Assembly: GCA_044229145.1 (NCBI GenBank)
Contig: JBGATO010000031.1
Location: forward strand, 1 to 44,065
Direction: 5' to 3'
From: Candidatus Eiseniibacteriota bacterium
Lineage (GTDB): Bacteria > Eisenbacteria > RBG-16-71-46 > CAZEPH01
DNA: 44,065 bases
The notes beneath the pieces are model-generated. The model was not told the DNA's origin, searched no databases, and saw only the letters and a list, made by a program, of their open reading frames with translations. A program made the position numbers and the translations under genes. Shown in pieces: positions 35,096 to 44,065 of this stretch. Position 1 is the stretch's first letter; the number at the start of each line of letters is the position of its first letter.

Positions 35096-37066
35096 TCAGC
35101 GCAATTTGAGCGTGCGCTGCCACTCGCGAGCGCCGTCGCGGGACGCCTGGAGGAGATAGACGCCGGACGGCAGCACGCGTCCCGCATCGTCGCGGCCATC
35201 CCACCGCACGACGCGGCCGCCGGGCACCATGGTGCCGTCGCACAGGTGCCGCACCAGCCGTCCCCGCGCGTCGTGCACCGTCACCCGCACCCCGGCCTGC
35301 TGCCCCACCGTCACCGTGACATCGACGAAATCGCTCCACGGCGACGGACGCGGGCGCGACAGCAGCAACTCTTCCGGCGCGAGCGGCTGCACGCTGGTCG
35401 CGCCGGTCTGCTGGAAGAGCAGCGTGAGGTCAGGATCGACGAGGATGCCGGTCGGCCACGCGCGCACCGGGAAGAAGTACGAGGCCGTGGGGCCGGACAT
35501 CGTCTGCGTCACCGTGGTGTCGCCGAGCGGCGTGGTGACACGGATCGGCAATGGCAGACGGAACAGCGGCGCGTCGTGTTGCGTCTGCGTCACGCCGACG
35601 TTGACCCACACGGTGCCATCCTCGCGCACCGACCCGATGGCCGCGACCTGCAGCACCGGATATCCCGCCTGGTACACCCACTGATCGAAGAACCACGACA
35701 GCGACTCGCCGGCGATCTCCTCGCACACCGCCTGAAAGTCCGGCGTGCGGGCGGTGCCGTAGGCGTGGCGCTGGGCGTAGGTTTGCAGGATGTGCGCGAA
35801 CGTCGCGTCACCCACCATCGAGCGCAGCATGTGGAGCACCCACGCGCCCTTGTAATATTCGGTGAGGCCGAACAGATAGTCGCGGCCGCCGCGATCGCGC
35901 GGCGGATCGTAGATCGGATAGCGGGTGATCGCGTCCTCGCTGAAGTAATAGGCGCGGGCTTGCCGCAGGCCGGCGCGGAACACCGAATCGCCGTGCGCAT
36001 GCTGGCGGTAGAGCAGATCGCCGTACGTGGCGAAGCCCTCGTTGAGCCAGATGTCGCTCCACGCGCCACAGGTCACGAAGTCCCCGAACCATTGGTGCAC
36101 GAGTTCGTGCGCGATGCCCCACTCGAAGGCGCCGGTGCCGCTCACCCACGACCGGTTGATCGTGGACATCGACTGGTGCTCCATGCCGCCGGCCCCGAAC
36201 GGCTCCACCGCCACCATGCCGTACTTGTCGAACGGATACGGGCCGAACTCGGTCTGGTAGAAGGCCAGCATGTCGGGGACCGTCGCGAAGTCGACCTGAG
36301 ACTTCGCGACGTCCTCCGGGTAGACGGCGTAGAGCAACGGCAAGCCGGCGGCGTCGGCAGTCCAAGTCGCGTAGTCGCCGAAGGTCACGGCGAGGAGATA
36401 CGAGGCGATCGGATGCGCTTCGCGCCACGTCCACGTCGTCGTGCCGCCGCTCGCGCCGGGCTCCACGGAGACTTGCACGCCGTTGCCGAACACCGGCCAC
36501 GCCGAGGGTGCGGTAACGCGGACGAGCGCCGAATCCGCCTTGTCGCCGGGATCGTCGTGACAGGGGAACCAGTGGCGCGCATCGCTCGGTTCGGTGAACG
36601 TGTACGACGTGCGGGGATAGCTGAAGTAGCCGCGCGTGGCCAGTCCGGCATAGGCAATCTGCAACGCGAACGGCACACCCGCCGCGCGCACACCGCCAAG
36701 GGCGATGGCGAGCGTCGAGTCGGTTTGCACGTAGCCGCGCGCGTCGCCGCCTTCGGTCACCGCGGTCGCCGTGAGCCCGACGAAATCGAGACGCACCGTG
36801 TCGGCCGGCGCGCTGAGCGCGAGGGTGACGGTGGCGAGGCCGTCGATCGACGGCACGCCGCCGCCGAGGAGCGTGAGGTCGAGCGCGTAGTGCCGCACGT
36901 CGACGCCGCCGGCCGCCGAGGGCCGCAGCGTGCCGCGCCCGGCATCGGGTACGACCCCCAAGCCGACACCCGCCACGGCGCCGCCGCGATCGGCCACGGC
37001 GGCCGTCGCGTGCAGGGCCAGCAGCAGCCCGGCCACACCTCCCCTCCACGCTTGCCTTGACGACAT
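35096..37066 (-). CDS. Secreted M1 family aminopeptidase with FlgD-Ig/CTD-like C-terminus
   Basis: Signal peptide; ARHWFPCHD, GGMEH, IAHELVHQWFG, WLNEGFATY, YYKGAWVLHMLR; C-terminal WDGRDDAGRVLPSGVYLL. Confidence 0.93.
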   Translation of the reverse strand: MSSRQAWRGGVAGLLLALHATAAVADRGGAVAGVGLGVVPDAGRGTLRPSAAGGVDVRHYALDLTLLGGGVPSIDGLATVTLALSAPADTVRLDFVGLTATAVTEGGDARGYVQTDSTLAIALGGVRAAGVPFALQIAYAGLATRGYFSYPRTSYTFTEPSDARHWFPCHDDPGDKADSALVRVTAPSAWPVFGNGVQVSVEPGASGGTTTWTWREAHPIASYLLAVTFGDYATWTADAAGLPLLYAVYPEDVAKSQVDFATVPDMLAFYQTEFGPYPFDKYGMVAVEPFGAGGMEHQSMSTINRSWVSGTGAFEWGIAHELVHQWFGDFVTCGAWSDIWLNEGFATYGDLLYRQHAHGDSVFRAGLRQARAYYFSEDAITRYPIYDPPRDRGGRDYLFGLTEYYKGAWVLHMLRSMVGDATFAHILQTYAQRHAYGTARTPDFQAVCEEIAGESLSWFFDQWVYQAGYPVLQVAAIGSVREDGTVWVNVGVTQTQHDAPLFRLPLPIRVTTPLGDTTVTQTMSGPTASYFFPVRAWPTGILVDPDLTLLFQQTGATSVQPLAPEELLLSRPRPSPWSDFVDVTVTVGQQAGVRVTVHDARGRLVRHLCDGTMVPGGRVVRWDGRDDAGRVLPSGVYLLQASRDGAREWQRTLKLR

Positions 37067-37291
37067 GACGCGCACGCGTCGCCCTCCTCGATGCCGCTCG
37101 ATCGTTCGACCCCGAGCGTGCGGGGCGGCGCGCGGTCCGTCAAGCCGGCCCGAACGCCGGCGCGCGGAAGCTCTGCGTCAAAAGGCCCATCGCACCGGAA
37201 TTCACATCGGCCGCCAGGGGGGAGCCTCTAAAATAATCGCCTCCCGTCCTGTGCCGGACATCACCTGCGACCACATCACAAGGGACTCGTC

Positions 37292-40200
37292 ATGCCTTCG
37301 CGTCTTCCCTCGCGCGGCGAAGCTTGCCGCCTCGGGGCCTCGTGTGCCCTCGCCTTCTCCTTCGCGGTCCTCGGCGCGGCGTCCGCGCGGGCCGGAAACG
37401 TCTCGTGGATCTCCGCCACCAGTGGCAATTGGAGCGATGGCGCGCGCTGGAGCGGCGGAGTTGCCCCGACGGCCGCCGATACCGCGCTGATCGCGGTGCC
37501 CGGAACGTACACCGTGACCCTCGACGTCCATCCGACCGTCGCCGCGTTCGCGTTCGGCGCCGCCAGCGGCGTCCAGACCGTATCGATGGGCGCCAAGACC
37601 CTGACGATGGCGAATCCCAGCACGCTCAGCGGCGGCGCACGCGTCGAAATGACCGGCGCCTCCTTCGCCGGGACCGGCTCGCTGACCACCAGCGCGACGA
37701 TCGTCGCGCGCGGGCCGGGCAACGCGATCGCCAACGACTTCTTCGTGCAGAGCGCCTCGACGATCAAGATCGAGCCATCGAACTTGGTGTTCGCGGAAGC
37801 GAAGCTCACGGTGGCGAACGGCTTCACCAACTACGGCCTCATCGACCTCACGGACTCGTTCAGCGGTTTCGCCACCGGCGCGCGAATCGCGGTGACCAAC
37901 GGAACGCTGATCAACGCCGCCAGCGGCACCGTGCGGGCGTCGGTCGGGGCGCAGGTGAGCGGGACGCGCGTCATCGACGCGGTGTTCGACAATCACGGAA
38001 CGGTCGATGCGCAAACCGCGCTGGCGATCGACCGCGCCGGCGCCGCGCATCAGAACAGCGGCAGTATCAGTGTCGCCGCCCCGTACGGCGGCCTGACGCT
38101 GACCCAGACCGGCACCTCGCCGTCGTTCACGCACACCGGCACGATCAGTGTCGCGACCGGCCGCACGTTCTCGATCACCGGCGGCACGTTCGCGTTCAAC
38201 CCGGGGCTGACGAGCGGCGCGGGCGACATGCTCTTCCGCAACGCGACGATCGTTGGGATGACGCTGGCCGCGAGTTCGGCGCGCGTGGTGTTCGACGGCG
38301 GCGTGAGCGTCGACAACGTCTCGCTGGCCGGCACTCTGGTCGTCCGCAATCAGCCGAACTCCTGCACCGGGACGTTCACGTCGCTGGCCGGCGGCACGCT
38401 ACGCATCGAACCGACGAACCAGGCGTTCGTCGAGGCCCAGTTCACCGTCACCAACGGGTTCACGAACAACGGCACGATCGAACTCACCGACACGTTCAGC
38501 GGCTTCGCGACCGGTTCGCGCCTCAAGGTGCTGAACGGCACTCTGATCAATGCCGCCGCCGCGACCATCCGTAGCGCCATCGGCGCGCAAGTCAGCGGCA
38601 CGCGCGTGCTCGACTGCACGCTCGACAATCGCGGCATCCTCGACGTGCAGGCCGGCATGGCGATCGACCACGCGAGCGCCGCGCATCTCAACAGCGGCAC
38701 CGTGGCGATCGCCTCGCCGTACGGCAGCGTCGCGTTGATCCAGACCGGCACCGCGCCGACGTTCACGCACACCGGGACGATCAGCGTCGCGGCGGGCCGC
38801 ACGTTCTCGACCACCGGCGGCACGTTCTCCTTCAACCCCGGCGTGACCAGCGGCACCGGCGACATGTACTTCCGCAACGCGACGGTGGTCGGTCTGACGC
38901 TCGCGGCGACCTCGGCGCGCGTCGTGTTCGACGGCGGCGTCAGCGTCGACAACGTGTCGCTGGCCGGCACGCTCGTGGTGCGCAATCAGCCGAACAGCTG
39001 CACCGGCACCTTCACGTCGGTGGCCGGCGGCACGCTGCGCATCGAACCGACGAACCAAGCGTTCGTGGAAGCGCAGTTCACGGTCACCAACGGCTTCATC
39101 AACTGGGGCCTGATCGAACTCACCGACTCGTTCAGCGGCTACGCGACCGGCTCGCGGTTGAAGATCCTCACCGGTACGCTCATCAACGCGGCCACCGCGA
39201 CGATCCGCAGCGCGATCGGCGGACAGGTCAGCGGCACCCGCGTGCTCGACTGCACGCTCGACAACCGCGGCACGGTGGACGCGCAGGCCGCGCTGGCGCT
39301 GGACCACGCGAGCGCAGCACATCTCAACAGCGGCATCTTCACGATCGCCTCGCCGTACGGCAGCGTGGCGTTGCTCCAGACGGGCACGGCGCCGTCGTTC
39401 ACGCACACCGGCGTCATCAGCGTCGCGGCGGGCCGCACGTTCTCGACCACCGGCGGCACGTTCGCCTTCGATCCAGGACTGACGAACGGCGCGGGTGACA
39501 TGTACTTCCGCAATGCGACCGTCGTCGGCATGACCCTGACCGCCGGCTCGGCGCGCACCGTGTTCGACGGCGGCGTGAGCGTCGACAACGTCTCGCTCGC
39601 CGGCACGCTGGTGGTGCGCAACCAGCCGAACGCGTGCACGGGCACCTTCACGTCGATCGCCGGCGGCACGCTGCGTATCGAACCGTCGAACCTCTCGTTC
39701 GCGGAAGCGCAGCTCACGGTCAGCAACGGATTCACCAACAACGGCCTCATCGAACTCACCGACTCGTTCAGTGGCTACGCCACCGGCGCGCGGCTGAAGG
39801 TCCTCACCGGGACGCTGATCAACGCCGCCACCGCGACGATTCGCAGCGCGATCGGCGGGCAGGTCAGCGGCACCCGCGTGCTCGATTGCGTGCTCGACAA
39901 TCGCGGCACCCTCGATGTGCTGGCAGGGCTGGCGATCGATCGCGCGGGCGCGGCGCATCTCAACAGCGGCACCATCACCATCGCTTCGCCGTACGGCAGC
40001 GTCGCGCTCCTCCAGACCGGCACCGCGCCCTCGTTCACGCACACCGGCCTGATCAGCGTCGCGGCCGCCCGCACCTTCTCGACGACCGGCGGGACGTTCG
40101 TCTTCGACCCCGGCCAGTCGAGCGGCGCCGGCGATCTGTACTTCCGCAACGTCACGATCGTCGGACTGACGCTCGCGGCGACGTCGGCGCGCACAGTGTT

Positions 40201-42817
40201 CGACGGCGGTGTCACCGTCGACAACGTGACGCTGCCCAGCACGCTCGTGGTGCGCAACCAGCCGAACGCGTGCACCGGCACGTTCACGTCGGTGGCTGGC
40301 GGCACGCTGCGCATCGAACCGTCGAACCTCGCGTTCGCGGAAGCGCAGTTCACGCTGACCAACGGTTTCATCAACTGGGGCCTGATCGAACTCACCGACT
40401 CGTTCAGCGGCTACGCGACCGGCTCGCGGCTGAAGATCCTCACCGGCACGCTCATCAACGCGGCCACCGCGACCGTCCGCAGCGCGATCGGCGGACAGGT
40501 CAGTGGCACCCGCGTGCTCGACTGCGTGCTCGACAACCGCGGCACCGTCGAGACGTTCGCCCCGATGGCGATCAACCACGCGAGCGCGGCACATCTCAAT
40601 AGCGGCTTCGTCACGCTGATCGCGCCGTACGGCGACCTCGCGCTGACGCAGAGCGGCGTCGCCCCGTCGTTCACCCACACCGGCATCATCGCGGTGCCGG
40701 CGGGCCGCACGTTCACGATCACCGGTGGCGCGTTCGCCTACAACCCGGGCGTCTCGACCGGCCCCGGCGACATGCTGTTCCGCAACTGCGCGATCACCGG
40801 CCTCACGCTCACCGCCGGCAGCGCGCGCGTCCTCCTCGATGGCTCGACGACGATCGACACCGCATCCGTGGCCGGCACGCTGGTCGCGCGCACGGCGCCG
40901 AACACCATCACGTCGCTCGCGATTCCGGCCGGCGGTCTCGTGCGGGTGGAGCCGGGCAACAGCGTGTTCGCCGAGGGGCAACTCACCGTGAACAGTCCGT
41001 TCACCAACTCCGGCACGATCGACCTCACCGACTCGTTCAGCGGCTACGGCACCGGCTCGCGCTTCCGCGTGCTCGGCGGCACGCTGGTGAACGCGGCGGG
41101 CGGCACGATCAAGGCGTCGCTCGGGGGGCAATCGGTGGGCACCCGGCGTCTCGTCGCCACGCTGTCGAACCACGGCACGCTGCGCGCCGACGGCTGCACG
41201 CTGCTGCCGGAAAGCGGCCCGGTGGTCAACGAAGTCGACGGCACGATCGCCGGCACCGGCACACTCGATCTCAGCAGCGTCACGTTCAGTAACCTGGGCA
41301 CCGTGTCGCCGGGCGCCTCGCCGGGCATCTTCACCGTGACACCGAATCTGGCGACCGCGGCGAGCGGCCGGCACATCATCGAAATCGGCGGCCGCGCGCT
41401 CGGCTCGCAGTACGATCGCCTGGCGATCACCAACACGGCGACGCTCGGCGGCACACTCGACCTGCGCCTGGTCAACGGCTTCGTGCCGGTGCTCGGCGAC
41501 AGCTTCGTCATCGTCACCGCGTCGACGGTGAGCGGCGTCTACGGCTCGATCGCCGGACGCTCGCTGCCCAACGGCCTCGAGTGGAACGTGAAGTATCGCG
41601 CGAACCGCGTCGACCTCATCGCCGGCACGCCGTTGCCCAACACGTGGCCGGCCGCGGTCAACGACACGGTGGCGCTCGACGAAGACACCTTCCTCGACTT
41701 CACGGTGCTCGGCAACGACGTCGATCCGGATGGCGACACGCTGCACGTCTCGCCCAGCGGATTCACCGCACCGCTGCACGGCACCGTCGCGCTCATCGGC
41801 CCGGATGTGCTGCGCTACGTGCCGCAGACCAACTACAACGGCGGCGACAGCTTCACCTACACGGCCGTCGACAACCGCGGCGGCAGCTCGGTGGCCACCG
41901 TGTTCGTCACCGTGCGCTCGGTCAACGACGCGCCCGTGTGGTCGCTCATCACGCCGGGCGACGGCGGCATCTTCGCGGTGTCGTCGGGTTCGCCGGTCGG
42001 CTTCACGGTCGAGGCGGTGGATCAGTACGACCCGAGCGGTGTCGTCACGCTCACCGCGAGCGGCCTGCCGTCCGGCGCCACGATGACGCCGGCGCTGCCG
42101 GTCAGCGGCCACACCGCGCAGTCCTACTTCCTGTGGACGCCGGGCGCCGGCGACGGCGGCAGTCACTGCATCACCTTCACCGCCACCGACGACTCGCTGG
42201 TGTCGATCACGCGCACCATCTGCATCGAGGTCAACGCGGCGACCGCGGTGGCCGGACCGCGGGTGCGGGCGACGTGGACGGACGGCGCGGTGGATGTCGC
42301 ATGGCGCGTCGCCGGCGGCACGTCGCTCGTCGGCGCGCAGGTCGAACGCACGACAAGCCTCGACGCAGAGTGGAACGCAATCGAGGCCGTGCCGAGCTTC
42401 TCGGCCGCGGACGGCGCGTATCACGCCGTGGACCGCAGCGCGGTCGCCGGCGCGACCTACTGGTACCGCCTCGCGTTCACGACGGCCGACGGTGCGCGTG
42501 GCAGCAGCGATCCGGTGAAGGTCGAGACCGGTGCGCGGGTGCTCGCGCTGGCGCTCGGCGCACCATCGCCGAACCCGACGGCAAGAGGCTGCCGCATCGA
42601 CTACGCACTGCCACAGGAGGCGCCGGTGCGCATCGTCGTGCTCGACGTGCAGGGCCGTGAGGTCGCGCGTCTCGCCGACGGTGTCATGCCGGCGGGCACG
42701 CACGCCGTGGCCTGGGACGGTCGCGTGGCCAGCCGCCCGGCGGCGGCCGGCGTCTACATGATCCGTCTCACCTCGCGGGACGCGTCGCTCACGCGCCGGC
42801 TCATCGTCGGACGCTAG
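37292..42817 (+). CDS. Large secreted repetitive protein (beta-helix-like repeats, Ig/cadherin-like domains, FlgD-Ig/CTD-like C-terminus); putative adhesin
   Basis: Signal peptide; SWISATSGNWSDGARWSGG start; 212-aa repeats; VSPGASPG...YDRLAIT...LGGTL passenger-like end; PAAVNDTVALDED..VLGNDVDPDGD..YNGGDSFTY Ig-like domain; PSPNP...WDGR...AGVYM. Confidence 0.9.
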   Translation: MPSRLPSRGEACRLGASCALAFSFAVLGAASARAGNVSWISATSGNWSDGARWSGGVAPTAADTALIAVPGTYTVTLDVHPTVAAFAFGAASGVQTVSMGAKTLTMANPSTLSGGARVEMTGASFAGTGSLTTSATIVARGPGNAIANDFFVQSASTIKIEPSNLVFAEAKLTVANGFTNYGLIDLTDSFSGFATGARIAVTNGTLINAASGTVRASVGAQVSGTRVIDAVFDNHGTVDAQTALAIDRAGAAHQNSGSISVAAPYGGLTLTQTGTSPSFTHTGTISVATGRTFSITGGTFAFNPGLTSGAGDMLFRNATIVGMTLAASSARVVFDGGVSVDNVSLAGTLVVRNQPNSCTGTFTSLAGGTLRIEPTNQAFVEAQFTVTNGFTNNGTIELTDTFSGFATGSRLKVLNGTLINAAAATIRSAIGAQVSGTRVLDCTLDNRGILDVQAGMAIDHASAAHLNSGTVAIASPYGSVALIQTGTAPTFTHTGTISVAAGRTFSTTGGTFSFNPGVTSGTGDMYFRNATVVGLTLAATSARVVFDGGVSVDNVSLAGTLVVRNQPNSCTGTFTSVAGGTLRIEPTNQAFVEAQFTVTNGFINWGLIELTDSFSGYATGSRLKILTGTLINAATATIRSAIGGQVSGTRVLDCTLDNRGTVDAQAALALDHASAAHLNSGIFTIASPYGSVALLQTGTAPSFTHTGVISVAAGRTFSTTGGTFAFDPGLTNGAGDMYFRNATVVGMTLTAGSARTVFDGGVSVDNVSLAGTLVVRNQPNACTGTFTSIAGGTLRIEPSNLSFAEAQLTVSNGFTNNGLIELTDSFSGYATGARLKVLTGTLINAATATIRSAIGGQVSGTRVLDCVLDNRGTLDVLAGLAIDRAGAAHLNSGTITIASPYGSVALLQTGTAPSFTHTGLISVAAARTFSTTGGTFVFDPGQSSGAGDLYFRNVTIVGLTLAATSARTVFDGGVTVDNVTLPSTLVVRNQPNACTGTFTSVAGGTLRIEPSNLAFAEAQFTLTNGFINWGLIELTDSFSGYATGSRLKILTGTLINAATATVRSAIGGQVSGTRVLDCVLDNRGTVETFAPMAINHASAAHLNSGFVTLIAPYGDLALTQSGVAPSFTHTGIIAVPAGRTFTITGGAFAYNPGVSTGPGDMLFRNCAITGLTLTAGSARVLLDGSTTIDTASVAGTLVARTAPNTITSLAIPAGGLVRVEPGNSVFAEGQLTVNSPFTNSGTIDLTDSFSGYGTGSRFRVLGGTLVNAAGGTIKASLGGQSVGTRRLVATLSNHGTLRADGCTLLPESGPVVNEVDGTIAGTGTLDLSSVTFSNLGTVSPGASPGIFTVTPNLATAASGRHIIEIGGRALGSQYDRLAITNTATLGGTLDLRLVNGFVPVLGDSFVIVTASTVSGVYGSIAGRSLPNGLEWNVKYRANRVDLIAGTPLPNTWPAAVNDTVALDEDTFLDFTVLGNDVDPDGDTLHVSPSGFTAPLHGTVALIGPDVLRYVPQTNYNGGDSFTYTAVDNRGGSSVATVFVTVRSVNDAPVWSLITPGDGGIFAVSSGSPVGFTVEAVDQYDPSGVVTLTASGLPSGATMTPALPVSGHTAQSYFLWTPGAGDGGSHCITFTATDDSLVSITRTICIEVNAATAVAGPRVRATWTDGAVDVAWRVAGGTSLVGAQVERTTSLDAEWNAIEAVPSFSAADGAYHAVDRSAVAGATYWYRLAFTTADGARGSSDPVKVETGARVLALALGAPSPNPTARGCRIDYALPQEAPVRIVVLDVQGREVARLADGVMPAGTHAVAWDGRVASRPAAAGVYMIRLTSRDASLTRRLIVGR
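37690..41190 (+). repeat. Intragenic tandem repeat, 636-nt (212-aa) period, about 5.5 units
   Basis: The TD(S/T)FSG motif begins at 37850, 38486, 39122, 39758, 40394 (636-nt spacing) and 41027 (633-nt spacing). Outer boundaries are approximate. Confidence 0.9.
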
Positions 42818-42840
42818 GCCACCCCGTCCGACGGATCGAC

Positions 42841-42868
42841 GCCCCCGGCCCGCGCGGCCGGGGGCTTT
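42841..42868 (+). terminator. Probable intrinsic terminator
   Basis: 10-bp stem GCCCCCGGCC / GGCCGGGGGC followed by TTT, 24 nt after the stop at 42817. Confidence 0.6.
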
Positions 42869-42915
42869 CGCGTGGCCGCTGACGCCGCCGCCCCGCCTCG
42901 CGTAGGATGCCGCGC

Positions 42916-43629
42916 ATGCCTGCCCGCCCGCCTTCCTGGTCCGCGCTGCAAGACGCCGTCGTGCGCTGCCGCGCCTGTCCGCGATTGGTCGCGCATCGCG
43001 AGGAGATGGCGCGCGTGAATCGCCGCGCCTTCCGCGACGTCGCGTACTGGGGCCGCCCGGTGCCGGCGTTCGGCGAGGCCGACGCGCGCATCCTGCTCTA
43101 CGGCCTGGCGCCCGGCGCGCACGGGTCGAACCGCACCGGCCGCATGTTCACCGGTGATGCCTCTGGCGATTTCCTCTTCCCCGCGCTGCATCGCGCCGGG
43201 CTGGCGAGCGCGCCGTTCGCCCGCGATCGCGACGATGGCGTCACGCTGCGCGACGCGACGATTCTCTCCGCGGTGCGCTGCGCGCCGCCCGACAACAAGC
43301 CGACGCTGGACGAGCAGACGCGCTGCGAGATGCGCTTCGCGGCGCGCGAGATCGCGGCGATGCCGCGGCTGCGCGTCGTGCTGGCGCTCGGCGGCATCGC
43401 CTTCGCATCGTATCTCCGGATGTGGCGCGCGGCCGGACACGCACTCCCCACGCCGCTGCCGAAGTTCGCGCACGGCGTCGTGGTGCCGTTGTCCCCTGGT
43501 CCGACGCTGGTCGGCATCTATCATCCCAGCCGCCAAAACACGCAAACGGGCAGGCTCACCGCTGCGATGTTCGATGCGGTGCTCGAATCCGCGTGCACGC
43601 TCGCCGGTCTCCGCGAGACGCGGCGATGA
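42916..43629 (+). CDS. udgB: Family 5 uracil-DNA glycosylase (UdgB-like, 4Fe-4S)
   Basis: CRACPRL, YWGRPVP, GLAPGAHGSNRTGRMFTGD, RCAPPDNKP..C, YHPSRQNT. ATG 42916 lies 7 nt after TAGGAT. Confidence 0.9.
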   Translation: MPARPPSWSALQDAVVRCRACPRLVAHREEMARVNRRAFRDVAYWGRPVPAFGEADARILLYGLAPGAHGSNRTGRMFTGDASGDFLFPALHRAGLASAPFARDRDDGVTLRDATILSAVRCAPPDNKPTLDEQTRCEMRFAAREIAAMPRLRVVLALGGIAFASYLRMWRAAGHALPTPLPKFAHGVVVPLSPGPTLVGIYHPSRQNTQTGRLTAAMFDAVLESACTLAGLRETRR

Positions 43630-44065
43630 TGTCCCGCGCGGTGGGCCTCCAGCGGGACGGCACGCAGTTTCCCGCCCGCTTCGCCGCGCCGGACGGCGCG
43701 TCTCCGGTGCCTGGCGTCGTCCTGTTGCACGAGATCCTCGGCTTCACACCACGCGTCGAGGCGCTGCCGGCGCGCTACGCCGGCGCCGGTTTCGCCGCGC
43801 TGACGTTCGACTTGTTCGCGCGGCACCAGGCGCCGCTGCCCGACGGCGATTCGCTGGAGGAGGTCCGCCGGTTCGCCAGCGCGCAGCCCGATGCCCGCAC
43901 CGTGGCGGATATTGGCGCGGCGCTCGAGGCGCTCGCCGCCCAGCCGGAGGTCGATGCGACGCGGCTGGCGGTGGTGGGCTACTCGTTCGGGGGCACCCAG
44001 GCGTTACATGCCAACGCGGCCGGGTTCGGCCTCCGCGCGGTGGTGGCCTACTATCCGAAGCCCGT
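43626..44065 (+). CDS. Dienelactone hydrolase family alpha/beta hydrolase; runs off the right edge
   Basis: Manual translation from ATG 43626 (ATGA overlap): PGVVLLHEILG...YAGAGFAALTFDLFAR...RLAVVGYSFGG...VVAYYP. Confidence 0.85.
   Translation, partial: MMSRAVGLQRDGTQFPARFAAPDGASPVPGVVLLHEILGFTPRVEALPARYAGAGFAALTFDLFARHQAPLPDGDSLEEVRRFASAQPDARTVADIGAALEALAAQPEVDATRLAVVGYSFGGTQALHANAAGFGLRAVVAYYPKP

Noticed and set aside
37690..41190. Tandem repeats as a CRISPR array or mobile element
   Set aside because: The units are in-frame, 636 nt long, synonymously diverged and lack spacers; no cas or transposase gene is present.
38399..42703. 1434-aa minus-strand ORF
   Set aside because: Antisense shadow of the repetitive plus-strand gene; Arg/Ala-rich with no motifs, as expected at high GC.

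Overview
GC-rich bacterial chromosomal segment with about 30 genes and no rRNA, tRNA, CRISPR array or transposase that I can support. Housekeeping and metabolic genes (an M16 peptidase pair, a beta-decarboxylating dehydrogenase, fused 2-oxoacid dehydrogenase E1, class II aldolase with FBPase, acyl-CoA dehydrogenase, HIT protein, fatty-acid desaturase, family-5 UDG) are interleaved with six large signal-peptide proteins. These six all end in the same FlgD-Ig/T9SS-CTD-like C-terminal domain, and a seventh copy survives as a frameshifted remnant. That architecture suggests a non-Bacteroidota FCB-group lineage such as Ca. Eisenbacteria, which is an inference. The most unusual signals are non-coding. 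(i) At about 13584-14013 (-), a promoter is followed by a 16-nt Shine-Dalgarno complementary to the 16S 3' end, a 14-aa micro-ORF and a long strand-asymmetric stem-loop array upstream of an HMA-like/DUF547 pair. (ii) At about 2782-2940 (+), a promoter sharing an identical 13-mer with (i) is followed by three hairpins, each exposing CCUCC (anti-SD) in its loop. Several genes look leaderless. All protein family calls come from motif recognition by eye, not from database searches.
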